From Tubiluchus corallicola (lineage: Eukaryota > Animalia > Priapulida), in the NCBI GenBank assembly GCA_030141605.1, contig JAQGDQ010002368.1, positions 868,001 through 932,000 on the forward strand: a DNA stretch of 64,000 nucleotides, given 5' to 3'. Every line of letters starts with the position of its first letter. Position 1 is the first letter of the stretch. This document shows positions 25,886-64,000 of the stretch, one piece after another. The notes under the pieces are model-generated. The model saw only the letters and a program-made list of their open reading frames with translations. It searched no databases and was not told the DNA's origin. Both the position numbers and the translations under genes were made by a program.

Positions 25886-28053
25886 AAGTAATCTATTTCT
25901 ACTTTGCATTATGTGAAAATAAAACAGCCTTTGACAACTGGAGTCAAGTTTTTATTTACTGAGAATAGTTAGGTTACTTGTAGATTCGGATATAAAAATT
26001 CTGTCAGGTACAGTCAAAGACTTCAATTTTACGGTATTCTTGTGTCGCCAAATTGTCATTATCTGCAATTATGAAACTTGTTTTACATAATGTACATTAC
26101 TGAGTAAACAACATAAACAGCATTTCCTTGTGTGCATTATACTCTGCATGTCGGTATGGCACCATATTGAAAGATTAAGTTGTAAAAATGTGATATATTA
26201 ATTAGTTTTTATATGACCAACATTGAACTCTGATAGCTAATGCATTGATATTGACATGCTAGTCTGAATTTTTTTTGTTGTTGTCTTCATCAGTCAAGTT
26301 CGGATTATTTCAGTGTAATGTCATGTCTTATCATCAACACCATGTGAACAATTTCTTCAAATTTGTTTATTTGGTTTTCATATGTGTGCTCAACAAACCA
26401 AAACTGTCCATAAGTTGGCATAGTTCAAGCTATGTTACAATGACTCAAAATAACATGTAGAAAAATTGGGTCAATATCAGTTATTTTTACAAAAATAAAC
26501 GCTAAATTTACTGGGCTTCATAACTGTAACTGCAGTGTTCTTTTACAAAGTCCACTTTTAGCAACCACTTTTCCATACGTTGATAGTGTTTTTGTAGAAA
26601 TGTGACAAAAAAATGGCAAACTTCAGGACCGCTTTTGTCAAAATAATGTTTTTCATGATGCAGCATGCACCTCAACGTTGACATCTGTGCTTAGAAATAA
26701 TGTAGAGTAATGGCCAATGAGCTAGGTATCAAAGTGGAAAATCAGGAAGTGTGAATAACTAGGAATGCCTACCTGCCGACTTATGGACGTTTTTCCTATG
26801 CAAACAGGATTGTGAACAAGTCAGTAGTTGATACCTTATATGCATAGTCTCATCAACAGAAACCAATGCATATAGTGTTGCATAGCCTGGTTAATTTTTT
26901 CCTGGCCAGTTTGTTACTAAACAGTGTATGTCTTTCTCTAAGCAACATACCACATTAAAGGTGTATGTATGAAACATCAGTGTTGAGGTTAAAATTATCA
27001 CTCCTGTTCATTAGACCTTTGGTTTTGAAATTATTTCTACATGCAGTTATTTTTAATTATTAATCATGTATGTGTATATGGTTAAAAATTAGTTTTATTT
27101 GATTCATTCTTTTAGATAAAACTGATCTAATAATTAGAAAATTTGTAAATTTAGCAAATAAAAAATGTAATAATTTTCAGTTGAATGATGTGGGTTTACT
27201 GTGGTAACGACTTTAGGTGAGAAAGCCAATTTTTAATGGCTTCAGTCTTCTAACCAGTAAGAGTGAACATTGTTAAAAATTTAGTGTAGAAAAATTTTAT
27301 TCAAATAGTTATAGCTGGAATTGTAGAGTAACCTAGTGGCGCAACAGCTGTCGCTGTGTATGATAACCAGCATTAGCAATCAGTTGAAATTTCGATTCAA
27401 TTGAAAATTATTTCGATCTTAGTTATGTAATGAAATGTCTCATAAAGTGCATTTTACATGTAAACTTTATACTGAGTAACACTCCTGAGTGAAAGCCCAC
27501 AAAGTAAATACTGAGATAAGTTCAACATTTATTTGCAGTTGTACAGTGTACAACGTTACCTACGATTACAATTGCAATTCCTGGTAATAGCACTGCAAAA
27601 AGTAGCCCATGTCCAGTGGCTGTTTGTTCCTAGCTGCTTTCTTCAGTAATATTTGGATTTACTTACATTCCATTTCTTTCTTACATGCTTAGCATTACAG
27701 TGGCTGAGTCATCATAATAGAACAGCTAACTACTGTGTAGGCTGCTGGGTGTCAGTGTGGAGAATCTAGGTAACCATTGAAACAGCAAGGCATGAAAATC
27801 ATTAAACATGACTAATGAAGGAACATATTTTCGTAATTTAGTGATAAAATACATTTATTACCACTGGTATACTCAATCACTTGAAGCAAAATGTCTTCAT
27901 TCGTCTTTAAACATAACTTATCTGGATAAAAACAATCAGTCACAAACCAATTTTTTCTTTTTTTTACCTTTTTGACAGGGGAACTATTTATGAGTTGACT
28001 TCATTAAGGAAAAATATAGTCAAAAAACCGATTGATTCAGAAAAACAATTAAA

Positions 28054-28725
28054 CTGGCCGTCTTAACAGCATTATAGGTCCCCGGGCAAACCAGTGCACA
28101 GGGGCTCCTACATAAACAACCACTCACACGAATAAAAATGTAAATGGTCGATAAAATTAAACACATGGTAACTGTATTGGAACTTCCAACATGCTGCACA
28201 GCAATGCTTAATCAACACAATATTTGAACAATATAGTATGAGCCTTGAAAAAACAGAAAAATTGTAAACAAATGTGCATAAATGATACATAACTGGGAAA
28301 CCATACAAATGGAGATGGCACAGTATAAAATTAACATGAATTATTTAGTATTAATCAAGTATATTCAACACAAACATTTGCGAAATTTCTTTGCAGAGAA
28401 ATGCTTTATAACTGGCTTAAAGCCAATGGTCTTCATGATGTCATTTTCAATACACATGAGTGAAACTTAATTCAAACGCTGCTGCCTCAATGTGTTACAA
28501 AGCAGATTTTTTTTAAAAACTTCAGTCTTAAAAATGAAAGTCCTCTAGCATAGTTGGTTACCATCATGCACATGAAAATTCTGAGTGCAATTTCAACATT
28601 GAGAAAAACAGATTTCAATTATTTATTGACAGTAAGTCTCAACTCAACGTAGGTTACCACAGGGCCTCTATGCTCATGGAGCCACCAGGCAACTGCCCAG
28701 TGTGTCCATGCGTTAAGACAGCCCT
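28054..28725 (-). mobile_element. Internally deleted hAT element with a transposase dimerization-domain remnant
   Basis: Imperfect TIRs GGCCGTCTTAAC / GTTAAGACAGCCCT; near-TSD CAATTAAA/CAATGAAA. Minus strand ~28375-28615 reads VFLNVEIALRIFMCMMVTN..SFLRLK..LRQQRLN*VSLMCIENDI..IKHFSAKKFRK (hATC domain with a stop and a frameshift). Confidence 0.82.
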
Positions 28726-28746
28726 CAATGAAAACAAACATATCAC

Positions 28747-59883
<31,137 letters not shown>

Positions 59884-62671
59884 CTATAATGTTGCTGAGT
59901 GGGGGTTAAACTGGTGCTTAGTCTTTAAAAATAAAATAGGTTTGCAAGCATCACAATATACTCCAACATACATACAACATACATGTCTCACATTTGCAAA
60001 AAAATTCAATGATATTAGTCTCAGCCTGTGAGTCATTATTAGTCCCCAGTGACGTTTTACATCTGAGGTATGACTAAACGCTTTCCTTTTCCTGTAAGCG
60101 ATTTACAACCTCTGTGTAAAACAGGATATGAAATGCAATAACATCGATGATGCACATAATTGCATTAAATAGCTTTAAAGCATTCAAAGTATGGCTCAAC
60201 ATACAATTGCTTATACAGTAATACTTTATGGGCGATCTACACATTTAGTAGATCAACCCAAAAAACTTTAATAATTATTTTTGTATATTTTGCTTCTGCA
60301 TATACTGCTCCTAAAAGCTGAAGAGGTATAAACTTGTGCGGACAAGGACAGTTAGAATAAATCAAGTTTCACATAAATTGCACAAGTTCCACGTAAACAT
60401 TTAGTAACCAAAACAGAATGTAACCACAAAGGCACAACTTATTCTGCACTTTGTGAACACACCCTTGGGGTCTTGGGATTATATTGGCAAGTCTTACAGC
60501 TGAAAAGTTAAACTTTCAATAATAATGATAAATTCATTTTGAATAAATAGAGTTAAATAAAATTGATCAAGAAGCTACAATTTGTTGGCCACAAAAACTG
60601 CAATGCACTTAATGAAATGTCAATACTGAAATGCACCTGAAACCAAACTACAACCAAAAGAAAGAAGATTAGAAAAAAGTGGAACCTGAATCTGCACCAA
60701 GGACATTTGTATTCAGACTCAGACTCAACTTTTTCACACCTGCTTTCTTCCTGTCTAATTTAGTTTTAAAATTTCAATAATTGTGAATTCATTCCACCAC
60801 TAATTGGTAATTCTAAAATTAGAATTTTAAATAATAATGTCATCAATGTATTTTGTTTAATATACACATGATAAACCAATTGTAGTACTTTTCCTATCTG
60901 AGTACATAATTAAAGCAATAGTAGGCGTATATATGATTCTTAATAAGATACCCTTAATATGCTAAGAATCTAGCTAGTTTTTTTCATTGTCCAATCTCAT
61001 ACTGCATCTTGAACATTTATAAGCAGCTACATGACCGGAACAATAACTAAAATTTGCAAGTTTCAAGTATACCTTTTTATTTCTGACAAGCTGATTAGGG
61101 TCACATATTTCATGCAACCGTTTTGTATGAATCAGAACTGAAAGTGTTGCAGGATAGGCAAGGTATAAAGCAGGAAAGCAGATATTTTTTTTACATAAGA
61201 TATGAGTCTAGAACTATAAGGATTTTAATGGCATTAGAAAATTATGCAAAAAGCCAAGACTTTTTTGTTTGATAAAAGTTTTATTTCACAAGTGAATACA
61301 GCCAGACCCAAATTATTTACAACAGAAACACAGAAAACTTTTTTCTTTCACAATACTTTTAAAATGTAACTGCTTAGCAACATGGTTGTCACATGGTTGT
61401 AAGGGAACAATAATGAACACTTATTAATGTACCCTGGATGCTTTTGGTTAAATAAATAAAACTATTACATATTATTGATGCCATAAACAATATAAACACT
61501 AACCAGAAAAAATGTGCACATCTTCAAGTATTTTTAAGTATTTCAAAAAGAAAGCACTGATATTCTTTGTGTGAAATTAAGTATAAAATAAGTATAATGT
61601 ATGCAATATTTGTAGCATAAAAAAAAAAAGCACACAAACGTATAGACGATGCACTGTTTGGTCATAATAACCACAAGCATATAATTCGTCACATATTAAT
61701 AGAGGGGTTTTTAAAAAGACAAAAATGAATATTTCAACTTAAAATCTAAAGAACTAAAAAACTTTACGGTATGATAACTTTCTAAATACACCTATTACAT
61801 AGTGATCAAAAAATACCACTAAAATCATGTTTAGTAAAAGTCTGAAAAATGTTAGTTGCATTGCTTTCTTCTTAACCTTCAATGCTTAGTCGTACAATAG
61901 CAGTTACAAAGACTAGTCATAGAAATAAAAATCGTTTGTCATTTATCACACAAAATTTCCCATATTCGTTGGCATTACTGGTTGACTAACACTTCGACTA
62001 ATTAGACCATCTTCGGATTTGCTTGGATACTTGAGAAATAAAGCCAACTGCGTTGTGCCCAAAACTGTACCCAAAAAGTTTGGAACCTTCAACAGTATAG
62101 AAAAATATGCTATATGTGCCCACCTATATAGAGTTTGACAAACAATTGTAAAAATAATAAAAAAACAGCAACTGTTTAACGTGTTTACAAAGACTACCCT
62201 AAAAGCATGTTATAATAATATTTGTTTATGACTAGGACGACTACGATTCTAATTACGGTTTTAAAAAGGCAGAAACCATAACTTTCAGTAAGAGCTCTTT
62301 GACTCAATTTACTTTAAACGTAGTTTTATTGTAATATGACAGAGATTACCCTGTGGCTTGCACAAAGCAGTTTTACAATTGATAAAGCTGCTTGCCAATG
62401 GAACGTAACACTCAGAAGAGTGCAAACAATAACTGAACAGTCTGCTAGCTATGTAAACTAATACAATGGTTAGAAGTGCTTAGTAAGAAATATAAATTTC
62501 TGTACAAGTTTAAATACTTGCATATTAGTAGTTATATTTAAGTGTTGATTACCACGAAAAAGCAGATAAACGTGTTCATTTGTTGGCTGCATATGAATTT
62601 TAATATTGTATGGAATTAACTAAGTACACAGTTTGTTTAGTAAGATATCTCGAGCCTGGCGATATAAAGGG

Positions 62672-62942
62672 CAGCCAGTTAGAAAACAACTAATGGTTTC
62701 AAAAGAGGCACCACATCTACATGTAGGTAAAACAAGGGTTCCATCATTGGCTCAGGTCAAAGCTTACTTGAGAATAGTCAACCAGTATTCGCGTATGATG
62801 AACAGCTAGTTAGAAAACAAATAATGGTTTCAAAAGAGGCACCACATCTACATGTAGGTAAAACAAGGGTTCCATCATTGGCTCAGGTCAAAGCTTACTT
62901 GAGAATAGTCAACCAGTATTCGCGTATGATGAACAGCTAGTT
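62672..62942 (+). repeat. 131-bp tandem duplication
   Basis: Two near-identical units bounded by CAGCYAGTT at 62672, 62803 and 62934. Confidence 0.9.
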
Positions 62943-62989
62943 TATGGTCACCACAAAAGTAATAATTGAGGCGTCTGTTGAAACTCAAG

Positions 62990-63240
62990 TGTTTTTTAAT
63001 GTAATTTAAAATACGATAAAGACGCACTATTACAAATATAGAGAGGAAGAATATTCCATGAATTTACAACAGAAACAAAAAACAAATTAGCAAACGAAGA
63101 CAAATGATGATTAAAGTTTCTAAAATCATCGCCATTGCGTACTGGATATGGTGTGACATAATTGACTTTTGGTGGCAATATATCACACAAATATCATGGA
63201 ACTAACCGATTGATAAGTTTGTACAGAAACATAAACTGCA
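62990..63240 (-). mobile_element. CR1/L2-group LINE 3' remnant
   Basis: YPVR...FFVSVVNSWNILPLYICNSASLSYFK matches the ORF2 C-terminal WN.LP...S...FK signature. Confidence 0.7.
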
Positions 63241-64000
63241 TGGATTAGGTTAAGACTTGCTACACAGATTGACTTTACTGGATCCAAACATTCTGTCAGC
63301 ACAAGTATGAGACGCATTTAACTGAATATTTTCAAGGAGAGCCATAAGGCCACTACTACAACAATTTGTCTAAATTTCTGACGTGGACTACAACAAAATA
63401 AGCAAAAGCAAGAAAGACCCATATATAAACTTTTATGAAAATACATTCTGATTGTGAAGTTTCAGAAAGTATAAATGTAACACCAAATACAAGTCACAGT
63501 CCAAATACCAAAAATAGCAGACTGCCATTAAAATACAATTTACCAAAATGATTTTTCCTCAAGACTGCATTTAAATGTTTAGACTCTGTTTACTTTATCA
63601 AGATGAAAAACATGACCACTGGCAAAATGTCAATTAGATATTACAACTTTCTTTGTATATGCGTAAAAGTACAGGCATACAAACCATGCTCGACCCTCTC
63701 TTTTAAGTTGAGTCGAGTTAATTTTTTTTAAATTTCACGTAAAAACTGATTGTGCCAGAGAAAATTTCTGAAGTTTTTTGTTTGTCCATGCTTACTTGTA
63801 GCACATCATGTGGCAGTTGCCACGTTGCATATCTGCATTTTTACTTTAAATTTGGTACAGATGTAAACATACCTGTACAAAGTAATCCTCTATCAACCAA
63901 CCATATATCCACCATTCTAGAGAAACCAGAAATGTGACAAGTGACAAATAAAATGACATACATTCCGTACTTTTTGAGCGAATAACTTTACCCTGCAAAC

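Larger units (their letters stand above)
18183..27966 (+). repeat. Tandem segmental duplication, 2 x 4888 bp, containing CHMP2A
   Basis: Constant 4888-bp offset at the start, at every duplicated ORF and at the end. TTTTTTTA is shared at 18183-18190, 23071-23078 and 27959-27966. Confidence 0.95.

Overview
AT-rich, intron-containing animal (most likely invertebrate) genomic DNA; no prokaryotic features. Four host loci can be rebuilt by hand from GT-AG boundaries: (1) a 5-exon secreted Reeler+DOMON gene (+, 2745-8032) with no cytochrome b561 module and a GPI/TM-like tail; (2) METTL6 (-, 8728-12510); (3) CHMP2A/Vps2 with an intronless CDS, present twice inside a 4888-bp head-to-tail duplication (18183-27966) with 8-bp junction microhomology and an A21T change in copy 2; (4) an integrin alpha without an I-domain (alpha4/9-like; about 27 coding exons, -, 28747-59883). 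One integrin intron (30027-42183) holds a nested stack: (CT)n microsatellite > 5'-truncated RTE-X-like LINE > head-to-tail non-autonomous Helitron array > young full-length Ty3/Gypsy element with a frameshifted pol. There are also several MITEs and remnants: a 915-bp TG...CA element with 38-bp TIRs and internal hairpins, plus hAT, pogo/mariner, Harbinger, Academ and LINE relics. I see no unambiguous new multi-gene system. The best leads are the promoter-less CHMP2A duplicate, the nested TE stack, the hairpin MITE, and unusual features of the integrin and Reeler-DOMON genes. All calls are by eye; no database searches were run.
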